A DNA stretch of 64,000 nucleotides. Source: Thermococcus sp. JdFR-02 (GTDB lineage Archaea > Methanobacteriota_B > Thermococci > Thermococcales > Thermococcaceae). The number at the start of each line of letters is the position of its first letter. The first letter of the stretch is position 1. The translations under genes were made by a program, and so were the position numbers. The stretch is taken from positions 64,001 through 128,000 of the forward strand of contig MTLP01000012.1 of assembly GCA_002009975.1 (NCBI GenBank). Direction: 5' to 3'. Positions 8,597 to 18,715 of the stretch are shown one piece after another. The notes beneath the pieces were generated by a model. That model saw only the letters and a program-made list of their open reading frames with translations. It was not told the DNA's origin and ran no database searches.

Positions 8597-11365
8597 TCAC
8601 TTCTTTCTTCTTAGAAGCAGTGGTATTAGTGCTAGTCCAAGCAATGCAGCAGGACCACAAACACCCTTAGCTGGTGTTGTTGTTTCTGTTGGTGTTGTCT
8701 CAGTTGGTGTAGTTTCTGTTGGTGTTGTTTCGGTAGGTGTTGTCTCAGTTGGTGTTGTTTCGCTTGGTGTTGTCTTTGGTGCTGGTTTTGGAACTACTAC
8801 TAATGACTTCTTGTCTGTGAATGAGGTTACTCCTTCCATTAAGCCACCCTTGACGTATATGTCATATCTTCCAGACTCGAACTTTGCAGTTTCTGTTCCT
8901 GGAACTACTAATTCAAAGGTTCCTGCTTTTGTTAATTTAGCTTCGCCTGTAAAGACTGTGTTTCCGTTCTCATCCTTGATCTCAATGAAGACGAATCCTT
9001 TGTCTGCTGGTTGTGTACCCTCTGTTGGGTACTCAACTACCATGTTTGCCTTGACTGTAATCTTTAGGTCGTCTCCAGTGAAGAGCTTGGTTGGAACTTG
9101 TATTCCTGCCAATTCAAGCTTTGCTAGGAGGAGTTTTTGCTTCCAGTAGTCCAAGCTGAATGGATATGTTGGGTCTCTGAATGCTTTTAGTTCGATGAAG
9201 ATTTTGTCTGGATCGTATCTTTCAATGTAGAATGGTCCGTTGCTTACGACTGCGTGTCCCTTTGCATCAATCCACTTGATTAATGCATCATAACCAGCGG
9301 TTGGATCACTAACGTCGCCTGCAATTGCTGCTGGAACAGCTTTCTTGGCTTTTAGTGCTTCAAGAACCTTCTTTAAGTCTGCAACGTGGTCTTTAATGAG
9401 CAGGTCTAATTGGGCAACACCTTCGGCTTCTTCACTGAATGAGTACTTTTGTGATGCACCGTACTCTTCACCCTTGGCAACTAACTCGCTCATAGCTTCG
9501 AGTAATTGCCATGGTAGTGTTGGCCAGAATGCGTTGTTGCTTGCTATAACGTCATCAGCAATTGGGTGTGAGAAGTCACTGTAAACTTCATAGGTGTCCT
9601 CATCAACGAATCTTATACCCTTAATTTGGGCTAGGGTTTCAGCAGTTGATTGTAGTTTCTCATCGTAGTATGGATCGTCAGCGCCATCTTGGTGTGACCA
9701 TTCATAGGAGAATGCAATTAAATACTTAAGGTCAGCCATGCTCATTGGGGTTCCGTCGTGCCAGTTGCTCCACTTACAGTCATATGTAACCTTAACCTTA
9801 GCTTCTTCACCAGCGTGTGCAACAACCCACTCATCAGTAGTTGAGTTATATACTACTGCATCATTTGGAACTTTAACATTTCTCTCGACTTTGTATTCAC
9901 ATCTCACTGGAATGTAAGTTCCAGTTGAGAGGTCTGTGAAGAGTGGGTAATCTCTAACAACTCTCCAGATTGCGCTTGAGTAAACGTCATCAATACCACC
10001 GATTGGGTTGAAGGCACTCATGAATAGAGCACCAGTAGCTGAGAACTCAGCGACGTTAACAACTTTGTCTGGGGTTTCGGCTGTGATTAATCCCCATCTA
10101 GTCCAGAGACCGCTTGAAACGTCTCTTGCGATAGCCTTAACTCTGTTCTTGTTAACTGGGAAGTACTCCCATGTTTCGGCTACGAACACTTTTTGTGAGT
10201 CCATTATACCGAGTCCCATTGAGATCTTCTGGAGATCCCAGTATTGGTCTGCGTTGCCCTCTTCAAGGACGTATTTCTTGCCCTTGAATTCTACGTTGTT
10301 TAGAACGAGTAGCTTTGTGATCTCCTCAACTGTCATGTCCATGATCTCATTAAGCTTGTCACCAACATAGTACTTGAGTTCTAATTTTTCAACAGCAGCG
10401 TCAACACCGCCTATGTAGTCAATGAAGTCCTTAACTGTTAGGGTTGGCTTCATTTCCCATCCAACTGGGGCTGGGAGCCATCCATACCAGCTTGCATACC
10501 ACCAAGCGGTGTAGTCGTCAGGCCACTTAACGTTAACAGTGCTAACCCAACCAGCGGTGTAAAGGTTCCACTCATAGTTCTTTGGATCGCTTAAGTAAAC
10601 TGTACTTGAAGCCTTTCTTCTGTCCCAGAGAAGTCTCTCAACCTTAAATCCAGCAAACTTCTCAATTAAGTTAGCAACGTAAAGACCCTCTTCTTTTCTC
10701 TCATCCTCAATTCTGATGATGAACTTAACTGTTACAGGCTCGCCTTGGAAGTACCAGAATCCATCATCACCTTTCTTTAGTTCATAACCTTGCTTTGCTA
10801 AATCAGCAGCAGCCTTTTCTAATGCGTCGTTAATCATCTTTTGAGCCTTTTCAATATCGGCGGTTGCACTAATACCCAATGCCTTATACACAGGCTCAAA
10901 ATATGGGTTTGCACCTGTGCTTGGTCTTATACCACCAAGCATTGGGGCACCAGAACCTTGGAGGACGTTTTGAACAACATATTGCCTACTAATCAACCAG
11001 TTCATTGCAAATCTAACTTCTCTAATAGCAAATGGGTTGAAGTATTTCTTTTCACCAACTGTAACGAGGTATGGGTTGTCATCATCGTGTACTGGGTTCA
11101 TTTCTATGTCATAGTATGCACTGGCAGTCTTGATGAGTCTTAAGTTGTTCAAAATGTCTGATGGTAGATCCTTGAATGATGCACCTCCTACTGACCAAAG
11201 GAAGATGTCTAGGTCTCCCTTTGCAGTGTCAGTTATACCAGTTTCTTGGTTTGTTCTTATGCTGATATAAACGACATCTGGTGCTGGTCCTTGTTCTGCT
11301 GCAGCCAACGGGCTCAACAACATTGCAAAAACAAACAATATTGCCAAAATTCCAGACTTCTTCAT
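8597..11365 (-). CDS. oppA: Peptide ABC transporter substrate-binding protein with Thr/Pro linker and CGP-CTERM anchor
   Basis: Signal peptide, SBP family-5-like core (NPFAIREVRFAMN, SNGPFYIE), C-terminal GVCGPAALLGLALIPLLLRRKK. Confidence 0.9.
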   Translation of the reverse strand: MKKSGILAILFVFAMLLSPLAAAEQGPAPDVVYISIRTNQETGITDTAKGDLDIFLWSVGGASFKDLPSDILNNLRLIKTASAYYDIEMNPVHDDDNPYLVTVGEKKYFNPFAIREVRFAMNWLISRQYVVQNVLQGSGAPMLGGIRPSTGANPYFEPVYKALGISATADIEKAQKMINDALEKAAADLAKQGYELKKGDDGFWYFQGEPVTVKFIIRIEDERKEEGLYVANLIEKFAGFKVERLLWDRRKASSTVYLSDPKNYEWNLYTAGWVSTVNVKWPDDYTAWWYASWYGWLPAPVGWEMKPTLTVKDFIDYIGGVDAAVEKLELKYYVGDKLNEIMDMTVEEITKLLVLNNVEFKGKKYVLEEGNADQYWDLQKISMGLGIMDSQKVFVAETWEYFPVNKNRVKAIARDVSSGLWTRWGLITAETPDKVVNVAEFSATGALFMSAFNPIGGIDDVYSSAIWRVVRDYPLFTDLSTGTYIPVRCEYKVERNVKVPNDAVVYNSTTDEWVVAHAGEEAKVKVTYDCKWSNWHDGTPMSMADLKYLIAFSYEWSHQDGADDPYYDEKLQSTAETLAQIKGIRFVDEDTYEVYSDFSHPIADDVIASNNAFWPTLPWQLLEAMSELVAKGEEYGASQKYSFSEEAEGVAQLDLLIKDHVADLKKVLEALKAKKAVPAAIAGDVSDPTAGYDALIKWIDAKGHAVVSNGPFYIERYDPDKIFIELKAFRDPTYPFSLDYWKQKLLLAKLELAGIQVPTKLFTGDDLKITVKANMVVEYPTEGTQPADKGFVFIEIKDENGNTVFTGEAKLTKAGTFELVVPGTETAKFESGRYDIYVKGGLMEGVTSFTDKKSLVVVPKPAPKTTPSETTPTETTPTETTPTETTPTETTPTETTTPAKGVCGPAALLGLALIPLLLRRKK
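8671..8774 (-). repeat. 15-bp coding tandem repeat (TTPTE, about 6-7 copies) in the oppA linker
   Basis: Imperfect repeats of GTTGGTGTTGT(T/C)TC on + translating to TTPSETTPTETTPTE... Confidence 0.9.
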
Positions 11366-11716
11366 ATCTCATTTACCCCCTTAACTTTCTACAGCATTGT
11401 ATTATTTAGGGTATAAAGGCATAAGAATATACATAGCAACCCTATTTAAGAGTTACGTTTTTGAACGCTGCTATCACATATTGAAGGATCCACCATAGTT
11501 CTAAATGAGATCTTGTTGTTTGTCTGTTCAGTATTTGGTAATGTGACCAGAACAGTGTTCAAAATTTGGAGTGAAATATTATCAATGTTCTTTATCCATT
11601 ATGACCTATAGATATTTTTGAAGAAACCCCTTAAAATCATCTGAAACCTTCTTTTACAAGAAAGTAAATCAAAAAATTTAAAACCATGAAAATTTTGAGG
11701 TTAAAGCGGGCATATA

Positions 11717-12937
11717 GTGTATGATGTAGTTTTCAAAGGAAAGTTTTTAATTAATGGCAATTTAATTGAAGGCTATATCGGAATTTCTGATGGTAAAATA
11801 GCTAAATTTTCAAAAGCTAAACTTAAAGGTGAAGAGATCTTTAGAACTCAAACCCATGAGGTTATTTTGCCGGGAATGATTGATGTTCATGTTCACTTGA
11901 GAGATTTCAATCAAAAGCATAAGGAGACCATAGAAAGCGGAACAAAAGCGGCTTTGCATGGAGGAGTTACGACTGTGTTTGATATGCCAAATACAGATCC
12001 ACCAATAATTAATAGAACAACTTTTGAAGAAAGAGAGAAACTTTTCATGAAAAAAGCTTTTTCTGATTATGCTTTAAGTTTTTTAATCGCTGATAATTGT
12101 GATGAGGTTCAAAAGGTTGATGCTGACTTTTACAAAATTTTTATGGGAGCTTCAACTGGAGGGATATATTCAAAAAACTTTGAAAAAGACTATTCATGTG
12201 CAAAGGCTAAAGTTAGTGTTCATGCTGAAGATTATGAGCTAATTCAAAAATTCCCCAAAAGGGAGCCCATTGTAGAAATTAAAGCAATTGAAAAAGCCTT
12301 AAGTGTTAGTGAAAGACTCAAAAAACCTTTGCACATTTGCCATGTTTCAACAAAAGAAGGTTTGAGGCTGCTTTTGGAAAAATACTTTCCATGGGTAAGT
12401 TTTGAAGTCACTCCCCATCATTTGTTCTTGACCAAGGATGATTTTGTTAAAAATCAGCTCTTGAAGGTCTATCCACCATTAAGGATAAAGGAACACGCTC
12501 GTTTTCTTTGGGAAAATATCAAAAAAGTACCAATAATAGCGAGTGACCATGCACCACATGCTTTAGAAGAAAAAGAAAATGGCAGTGCTGGATTACCAGG
12601 TTTAGAGACAGAACTAGCTTTGCTCTTTACAGCTTATAATCGGAGACTAATTTCGTTATGGCAAATTGTTGAGAAGACATCTCTAAATCCAGCAAAAGCA
12701 TTTAGTTTAAAAAATAAAGGTTTTGGGATTGGAAAAGATGCTGATTTAATAATTGTGAATTTGAAGGAGGAATGGAGAGTTAAGCCTGAAGAATTTTATA
12801 CTAATGCAAAATGGAGCCCGTTTGAAGGATGGACGCTTAAAGGAAAAGTTGAGCAGACGTTTTTAAGGGGAATGCTTGTTATGGAGGAAGATGAAATTAT
12901 AGGAAAGCCAAGGGGGGAGAGGATTGAAAAGGGTTAA
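11717..12937 (+). CDS. pyrC: Dihydroorotase
   Basis: PGMIDVHVHLRD, DMPNT, HICHVS, EVTPHHL, ASDHAPH. Adjacent to pyrK. Confidence 0.95.
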   Translation: MYDVVFKGKFLINGNLIEGYIGISDGKIAKFSKAKLKGEEIFRTQTHEVILPGMIDVHVHLRDFNQKHKETIESGTKAALHGGVTTVFDMPNTDPPIINRTTFEEREKLFMKKAFSDYALSFLIADNCDEVQKVDADFYKIFMGASTGGIYSKNFEKDYSCAKAKVSVHAEDYELIQKFPKREPIVEIKAIEKALSVSERLKKPLHICHVSTKEGLRLLLEKYFPWVSFEVTPHHLFLTKDDFVKNQLLKVYPPLRIKEHARFLWENIKKVPIIASDHAPHALEEKENGSAGLPGLETELALLFTAYNRRLISLWQIVEKTSLNPAKAFSLKNKGFGIGKDADLIIVNLKEEWRVKPEEFYTNAKWSPFEGWTLKGKVEQTFLRGMLVMEEDEIIGKPRGERIEKG

Positions 12938-13667
12938 AATTGCGGAAACATGGGAAGAGGCTGGTAACATTAAGGCTTTTCGCTTTAATGAGACTCTAAA
13001 CTTTATACCGGGGCAGTTCATAATGCTTTGGATCCCTAATGTTGGAGAAAAGCCATTTAGCCTAGCTGATAAAGATTTAATTCTCGTTAAAAAGGTTGGA
13101 CCTTTTACATCCAAACTTTTTGAGCTTGGAGAAGGTGATTATGTTTGGATTAGAGGTCCTTATGGGAGGGGCTTTACACCAAAAGGAAAGAAAATTGCAT
13201 TAATTGCTGGAGGAATTGGAATTCCACCTCTTTATGCTTTAGTCAAACATTTTGGAAACGATTTTGAAAAAATCACGCTAATTTATGGTGCCAGATCTAA
13301 AGAGGAATTCGCTTTGCTTGATATTGAAAATTACGTTGATGAAATAGTTTTCACTACAGATGATGGAAGCTTTGGTCTTAAAGGCTTTCCAACTGATGTT
13401 TTGAGGAGAAGAAAGGGAGAATTTGATTATGTTTACACCTGCGGACCTGAAATAATGATGGCAAAGGTTTTGGAAATCATGAATTTTAAAAATGTTCAAG
13501 TTTCTGCTGAAAGATATATGAAGTGTGGAATCGGCGTTTGCGGCTCTTGCGCCTTAGGGAAATATCTCGTTTGTAAAGATGGACCTGTTTTTTATGGAGA
13601 AGAGCTTAAAGAAACGGAGCTTGGGAGATTTAAGAGAAGTCCAGATGGGAGGATTGGCATGCTTTAA
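12924..13667 (+). CDS. pyrK: Dihydroorotate dehydrogenase electron-transfer subunit
   Basis: PGQFIM, RGPYGRGF, AGGIGI, CGPEIM, MKCGIGVCGSC...VCKDGPVF [2Fe-2S] motif. Confidence 0.95.
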   Translation: MKRVKIAETWEEAGNIKAFRFNETLNFIPGQFIMLWIPNVGEKPFSLADKDLILVKKVGPFTSKLFELGEGDYVWIRGPYGRGFTPKGKKIALIAGGIGIPPLYALVKHFGNDFEKITLIYGARSKEEFALLDIENYVDEIVFTTDDGSFGLKGFPTDVLRRRKGEFDYVYTCGPEIMMAKVLEIMNFKNVQVSAERYMKCGIGVCGSCALGKYLVCKDGPVFYGEELKETELGRFKRSPDGRIGML

Positions 13668-13723
13668 TTAATTGCTCCACTATCTTTTTAAACTTTTTAA
13701 CTTTGCTCTGATTGGTGAGACCT

Positions 13724-14857
13724 ATGAAATATAGTTGGGAAGAATTTGCGAGAAAGATGGGAATAGAGCCTCAAATATTGGAAAATAAAGAAGCCAAGCT
13801 TTTAAAGAAGTTTGTTGATGACTTAGCCTATCCAACTCACTGTAATTTCTGTCAAGGTCTTAATTTGAGCATTAAAAATCCAGTTCATCATCCTTCTTAT
13901 GAACTAACTCCAGCTTGTAATCATGATTGCATCTTTTGCTATTCTACAGTTGCTGTAAAGCTTGGAAAAGCCCCCAAACCCGGTTATTATGGGTGGGATA
14001 ATCCAAAGGCAATTACTGTTTCGCAATATGGAGAACCTTTGATGTCATCAAGAATAGTTGAAGTGAATAAGATGCTTAGGAAAAAGTTCCCAAACGCCCG
14101 TTTAGATTTGCAGACTAATGGTTCTCTTTTAACGGAAGAACTTTGGGCAAAGCTTGACTTCGATTTGGTTATGATAAGCTTAGACGCAGCATCAAAGAAG
14201 AAACACAAAATGATTACCAATGCAAATACATTTGAAAAGGTTGTAAATGCACTGAGAATTGTTGGACAGGATAAGAGCGTTCGCTCAATTGTGAGGACAA
14301 TCTTTATGCCAGGAATAAATGACAAGGAAATTGCAAGGATAGCTGAACTAGCTTCTTCTCTTGGAATAGACGAGATGATGCTTCAACCTCTGACCATTCA
14401 CAAAATGAATGAAGAACGACTAAGAAGAGCGGGTTTGGACTTTGAAAGAGCTGAAAGTGTTAGGGAGCTTTTAAAAGTTGCTATTGAGGCTAAAAAATAT
14501 ATTGATGTGAGAATTAGGGGTTGTTTATTGGCTCAGCTAAAAAGAATGGATGCCTTAACACTCTATAACGTTTACAAAGTTTCCAGAGATGTTGCGCCTT
14601 TAGTTAAAAGGGAGAGAAAAAGTCTCAACAAAATTGAGGAGACCTGTGATGGCTCATTTAGGCTTATACTGGAAGAGTTTAAACTTGAAAGGCTTATAAA
14701 AACGCTTAATGAAAAGGGCGTTAAATACTCAAAAGCACAGGATTTTGTTAGATTCAAAGATGGTGGTGTCGAAATTGTCGTTTTTAAAAGTGGAAAAGTC
14801 CTCATAAAAAGAGCAAATGAGGAAGAGCTCGAAGAGCTCCTTAAAAAGTACTTCTAA
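13724..14857 (+). CDS. Radical SAM protein with an extra C-terminal domain
   Basis: CNHDCIFC (CxxxCxxC), YGEPL, LQTNG, ISLDA. N-terminal HCNFC. About 70-aa C-terminal extension. Confidence 0.9.
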   Translation: MKYSWEEFARKMGIEPQILENKEAKLLKKFVDDLAYPTHCNFCQGLNLSIKNPVHHPSYELTPACNHDCIFCYSTVAVKLGKAPKPGYYGWDNPKAITVSQYGEPLMSSRIVEVNKMLRKKFPNARLDLQTNGSLLTEELWAKLDFDLVMISLDAASKKKHKMITNANTFEKVVNALRIVGQDKSVRSIVRTIFMPGINDKEIARIAELASSLGIDEMMLQPLTIHKMNEERLRRAGLDFERAESVRELLKVAIEAKKYIDVRIRGCLLAQLKRMDALTLYNVYKVSRDVAPLVKRERKSLNKIEETCDGSFRLILEEFKLERLIKTLNEKGVKYSKAQDFVRFKDGGVEIVVFKSGKVLIKRANEEELEELLKKYF

Positions 14858-14922
14858 AACCTTTTATCACCCAGATAAGTGAATAAGATAACCTTTTAAA
14901 TCCACTTTTCCTCTTTTTCTTC

Positions 14923-15744
14923 ATGCTTAGCTGTTCATTATGCATTCATGATGAAAGAACCGCGAAGATAGATATCATCAATGGAAAACCTCTTTGTAGG
15001 GAATGCCGAGATTACTTAGCTCATAAACCTAACAAGGAAAAAATTAGGGCTGAGCTTGAAGAATTGATGAAAAAAGTAGATAAGGCTATTGTAGCATATT
15101 CTGGTGGAAAAGACAGCACAGTTGCTCTTTATTTGGCAAAGGAGAAGTATGAAATTGATGTTGAAGCTGTAATGGTTGATCATGGATTTATGGCAAAAGA
15201 GGCGATAGAGAATGCCAAGAGAATAGCCAAGTATTTGGATGTTCCTTTGACTATTTTGCATCATGATTACTCCGACATTTTCAGAGAAGCTCTTTTAAAA
15301 GCTCAATCTCCATGTAAGAAATGCTCGAGGAGAACTATGGAAAAGCTGAGAAAATACGCGCTAAAGAGGGGAATTAAATACATTATAACTGGACATGAAA
15401 TTCCCTTTGGACATAAGGCTTATCGCTTAATGAAGAATGGGATAATTCAGATACGGCTTTTAACTCTTATGAGCGAAGAGGAAAGGTTTAAAATTTTGGA
15501 AAAGCTGCCTTTTGAGTTTCCAACTCTCTATGGCTATACAACAAACTGTTTGATTTTGGGACCAGCTTTGGAAAGGTATTATGAGCGGTGGGGATATAGT
15601 TTTGAAACGAGAAGAATAGCAGCTTTGGTTAGATATGGACTTTTAGACAGAGAAAAAGCTTTGAGGAAATTGAAAAAGCCAAAGGTTTCAGAAAAGATAA
15701 AGAGCGAAATTTACAGGAGATCAGGACTGGAGGGAATGTTTTAA
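14923..15744 (+). CDS. PP-loop (N-type ATP pyrophosphatase) superfamily protein with Zn-finger-like CxxC motifs
   Basis: AYSGGKDS, N-terminal CSLC...CREC, internal PCKKC, ITGHE. Confidence 0.85.
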   Translation: MLSCSLCIHDERTAKIDIINGKPLCRECRDYLAHKPNKEKIRAELEELMKKVDKAIVAYSGGKDSTVALYLAKEKYEIDVEAVMVDHGFMAKEAIENAKRIAKYLDVPLTILHHDYSDIFREALLKAQSPCKKCSRRTMEKLRKYALKRGIKYIITGHEIPFGHKAYRLMKNGIIQIRLLTLMSEEERFKILEKLPFEFPTLYGYTTNCLILGPALERYYERWGYSFETRRIAALVRYGLLDREKALRKLKKPKVSEKIKSEIYRRSGLEGMF

Positions 15745-16944
15745 CTTTTCTCTCGCCTTCTTAAGCACTTCTTCGGGCTTTGCTTTAAAACCTCCTCCTT
15801 TTGCTAAAACTTCACCTCCTCCACCGCCGCCACCGAATTCACTTAAAATTTCTTTCAAAAGCTCGACCATTGAAACCTTCTGTATTCCCTTATTTTTAGC
15901 AAAGATTAGATAGCTTTTTCCCATAATTAGAGCAATTGTATTTGGGTTTTTGTCCACTAAATAGATTGCAAAAGCTTCGGCATCTTTCATTGGTAAGCTT
16001 TCAATTCTTGAAACAATTTTAATCCCGTTTATTTCCTCAGCTTCGCTTAAAAGGGCTTTTCCTTTCCACTCCCAAAGCTCTTTCCGAAGTTTTGTTTTTT
16101 CATCTTCCAATGCTTTAAGCCCTTCCTTAAACTCTTTAATTCTCTCAACTAATGGTCTGTTCTTATTTGGCATTTCATTTAAGGACTTCCAGTAATCTTC
16201 TAGAATCTCATCTAAGAATTCCAAAGCTCTGTTTCCACAAACAAATTCAACACGCCAGATGTTTTTGCTCTTCTTGTAGAAGTTTATCACTTTAACGAGA
16301 CCAACCTCTTTAGTGCTTCTTACATGGGTTCCTCCACAAGGTATTATGTCAATATCTCCAACCTTTACAATTCTCACTCTGTCCTTAATTTTATCGGAGA
16401 GCTGTTTTCTAAGTTCTTTGGCAACCTCTTTTGGAAGCTCCTCATAATACTCAACCTTAACTTCTAAATCTTTCCAAATGATTTCATTTGCCAGCTTTTC
16501 TGCCTTTAGTACATGCTCCCAGCTTAACTTTCCATCGAAGTTTATTTCAATCTTATTGTATCTCTCAAAAATTTGAAAGCCCGTTGTATCACTATCATAA
16601 AGCTTCTTTAAAACAGCCGAAAGAACGTGTTGCCCACTGTGTTGCTTCATATTTTCATATCTCCATTCCCAATCGAGAAGTAGCTTAACTTTTTCGCCTT
16701 CTTTTGGTTCTCTACCTTCCAATTTACCTTCGTGCCAAATTTCTTCTTTTCCTTCAGCTTTCTCAACCTTTATTCTAAACCCCTCTCCCTCTATAATTCC
16801 CCTATCACTTGGCTGTCCACCGCCTTCAGGATAGAAAATCGTCCTATCGAGTTTAATTCTTATTTTCTTTCCTTTCCTTTCAACAGATTCAATTTTAGCT
16901 GTTGTTTCCCTTAAATATGGATTTTCATAAAAAAGTTTAAACAA
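15721..16944 (-). CDS. alaX: Alanyl-tRNA editing protein AlaX (long form with C-terminal DHHA1 domain)
   Basis: TIFYPEGGGQPSDRG, QHSGQH, PCGGTH zinc motifs, C-terminal GGGGGG. Confidence 0.9.
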   Translation of the reverse strand: MFKLFYENPYLRETTAKIESVERKGKKIRIKLDRTIFYPEGGGQPSDRGIIEGEGFRIKVEKAEGKEEIWHEGKLEGREPKEGEKVKLLLDWEWRYENMKQHSGQHVLSAVLKKLYDSDTTGFQIFERYNKIEINFDGKLSWEHVLKAEKLANEIIWKDLEVKVEYYEELPKEVAKELRKQLSDKIKDRVRIVKVGDIDIIPCGGTHVRSTKEVGLVKVINFYKKSKNIWRVEFVCGNRALEFLDEILEDYWKSLNEMPNKNRPLVERIKEFKEGLKALEDEKTKLRKELWEWKGKALLSEAEEINGIKIVSRIESLPMKDAEAFAIYLVDKNPNTIALIMGKSYLIFAKNKGIQKVSMVELLKEILSEFGGGGGGGEVLAKGGGFKAKPEEVLKKAREKLKHSLQS

Positions 16945-16986
16945 TGTCTATCACCACAAAAAGGTTAGGTTTTGGGTTAATAACAT

Positions 16987-17745
16987 TTATGAGTCTTTTC
17001 TTTTGATGTATTCACCTGCGAGTTCTCTAAGCAGTTCAGCCAAGTCTTTGTTGAATTTTTCCTGCATTTCTGTAAACTTATCTAAAGCTAAGGATATTCC
17101 CTTAAGTCCTTTTATATCGTGAATTACAGCTTCTTGCTCTTCGGAGATTTCTTCGAGTACTTTACTTATCTCTACTATTGCTTCTATATCCTTTCCAAGT
17201 ATCTCAGTTCCTTCTTTTATCTTATCCATCACTGCTAAAGCATCTCGCAGTGTTTCTAACCCACTCATTACCCTGGTATTGAATTCTTTAATTTCCCTAG
17301 TTAACTCCATTGTTTGAACTGCCATTTTTCTTATTTCTTGTGCTACGACTGCAAATCCTCTTCCAGCCTCCCCAGCACGAGCAGCCTCAATTGAAGCATT
17401 TAAGGCTACTAGATTTGTCTGTTTTGCAACATTGCTTATTGAGTCACTTATTTTTGAGATGTATTTAAGATTTTCAACTAGGTTGTTGAATTCTTTAGCA
17501 AAAAGTTCAAATCTCTGAAAGAATGGTAGAAATTCCTCTCTGAACTTATTTAATTCGCCCATAATCTGAGAGAGCTTTTCTATGTTTTGTATTATCAGCT
17601 CATTGTTTTCCAAAAACTGTCCGGTTATCTGATCAGCCAGTCTATTTATTATTTTTGATGTCTCTTTGTTCGAAGACTTTATTCTTAGAGCCTCTGATAG
17701 CACATTTGAAGCATTTTCAATATGTCTAATCTCCAATGGGGTCAC
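16987..17745 (-). CDS. Soluble methyl-accepting chemotaxis protein
   Basis: Signalling hairpin [34 protein letters not shown]. No TM segments. Confidence 0.93.
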   Translation of the reverse strand: MTPLEIRHIENASNVLSEALRIKSSNKETSKIINRLADQITGQFLENNELIIQNIEKLSQIMGELNKFREEFLPFFQRFELFAKEFNNLVENLKYISKISDSISNVAKQTNLVALNASIEAARAGEAGRGFAVVAQEIRKMAVQTMELTREIKEFNTRVMSGLETLRDALAVMDKIKEGTEILGKDIEAIVEISKVLEEISEEQEAVIHDIKGLKGISLALDKFTEMQEKFNKDLAELLRELAGEYIKRKDS

Positions 17746-17746
17746 C

Positions 17747-18529
17747 TCATCTAATTAGATCTACCCCGCATTTTAAGTTTTCAAGGAAACTGAAGAATCT
17801 TGGCACATGTTTTTTTGGAATTATGGCAGCATGCTGAGGCAAAATTGCTTCAATATCCAAAAATCTAACCCTTTCAAGCCAAGCTTTTATGGCTTTATTA
17901 CTTGCCATTAGGCGTTCATGAATTGGCTTCATTGCACGTATGTGCTTTTCAATATCTTCAACAACTAGATATAGGTCTTCTAATAATGCAATTCCAATGT
18001 CACCGCTAAATAGAAATTTGCTTCTCTTGTCGTATATTGTGAAGTGTCCGGGGCTGTGGAGAAAGTGGGCGGGGATGAAGTGTAAGGTCGTAGAACCAAA
18101 GTTTAAGACTTCTCCTTCATCCGGTAGTGGATGGGCAACGCTTTTAACGTCTTCAAAACCAAAATGGGGCAGAAATCGTACCCATATCCAGTGGACAAGT
18201 ATTTTGGCATTGCTTATTTCTCTCCATAGAGGAATACTACCTGCCACATCTGGATCTTGATGACACATGTATATGTATTCAATATTTTTTGGGTCTATGT
18301 ACTTTGAAATATTTGATAGAACCTTTGGAAAAATTTTATATCCTCCAGGATCAAGTAGAACTCCTTTTCCTTTATTTATAATGAGGTAGGAATTAACATC
18401 TACATCACCATAGGAGCTTGTTGAGGTTCCAGAAGCCGTTCCCAAGTAGACAACCATGTGTTCATCGTCCCTGTAGAGTATGTGGTCCTTTTGGGGATTT
18501 AAATCTGGGTTGAGGTTATATTCCCCCAT
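17747..18529 (-). CDS. Oxygen-binding di-iron protein (ODP), metallo-beta-lactamase fold
   Basis: [32 protein letters not shown] motifs. Directly upstream of the soluble MCP. ATG after GGTGA. Confidence 0.85.
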   Translation of the reverse strand: MGEYNLNPDLNPQKDHILYRDDEHMVVYLGTASGTSTSSYGDVDVNSYLIINKGKGVLLDPGGYKIFPKVLSNISKYIDPKNIEYIYMCHQDPDVAGSIPLWREISNAKILVHWIWVRFLPHFGFEDVKSVAHPLPDEGEVLNFGSTTLHFIPAHFLHSPGHFTIYDKRSKFLFSGDIGIALLEDLYLVVEDIEKHIRAMKPIHERLMASNKAIKAWLERVRFLDIEAILPQHAAIIPKKHVPRFFSFLENLKCGVDLIR

Positions 18530-18586
18530 TTTATCACCCACAAGAAGTTAAAATTCCTCTAATTATTGATTTTCACGTAGAGAATA

Positions 18587-18594
18587 TTTAAATA
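18587..18594. promoter_or_regulatory. TATA box within palindrome AATATTTAAATATT, possibly bidirectional for ODP (-) and sRNA1 (+)
   Basis: TTTAAATA reads on both strands, about 30 nt before sRNA1 on + and about 60 nt before the ODP start codon on -. Confidence 0.55.
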
Positions 18595-18619
18595 TTGCTT
18601 TCTTCTATAGAACCTGTGA

Positions 18620-18679
18620 AGGCAATGATGAATGATGGGCGAACCGATTTGTGATGAAGGTTAGGTGATCGCTGAGCTT
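18620..18679 (+). ncRNA. C/D box sRNA (sRNA1)
   Basis: C ATGATGA 18625-31, D' CCGA 18644-47, C' GTGATGA 18651-57, D CTGA 18672-75, terminal stem AGGC/GCTT. Confidence 0.9.
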
Positions 18680-18715
18680 GAAAACCTTTTTAAACTCAAC
18701 AGGATATTTGGATTG

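Noticed and set aside
8811-11143. Antisense ORFs over oppA, and similar 60-140 aa shadow ORFs throughout (e.g. 20961-21341, 31733-32155, 36635-37045, 49967-50374, 57857-58264)
   Set aside because: They lie opposite well-supported genes, lack RBS and motifs, and have the composition typical of antisense frames.
14923-15744. Calling the PP-loop protein QueC
   Set aside because: It lacks the QueC C-terminal zinc-binding Cys cluster and YGQ motif, so only a superfamily-level call is supported.
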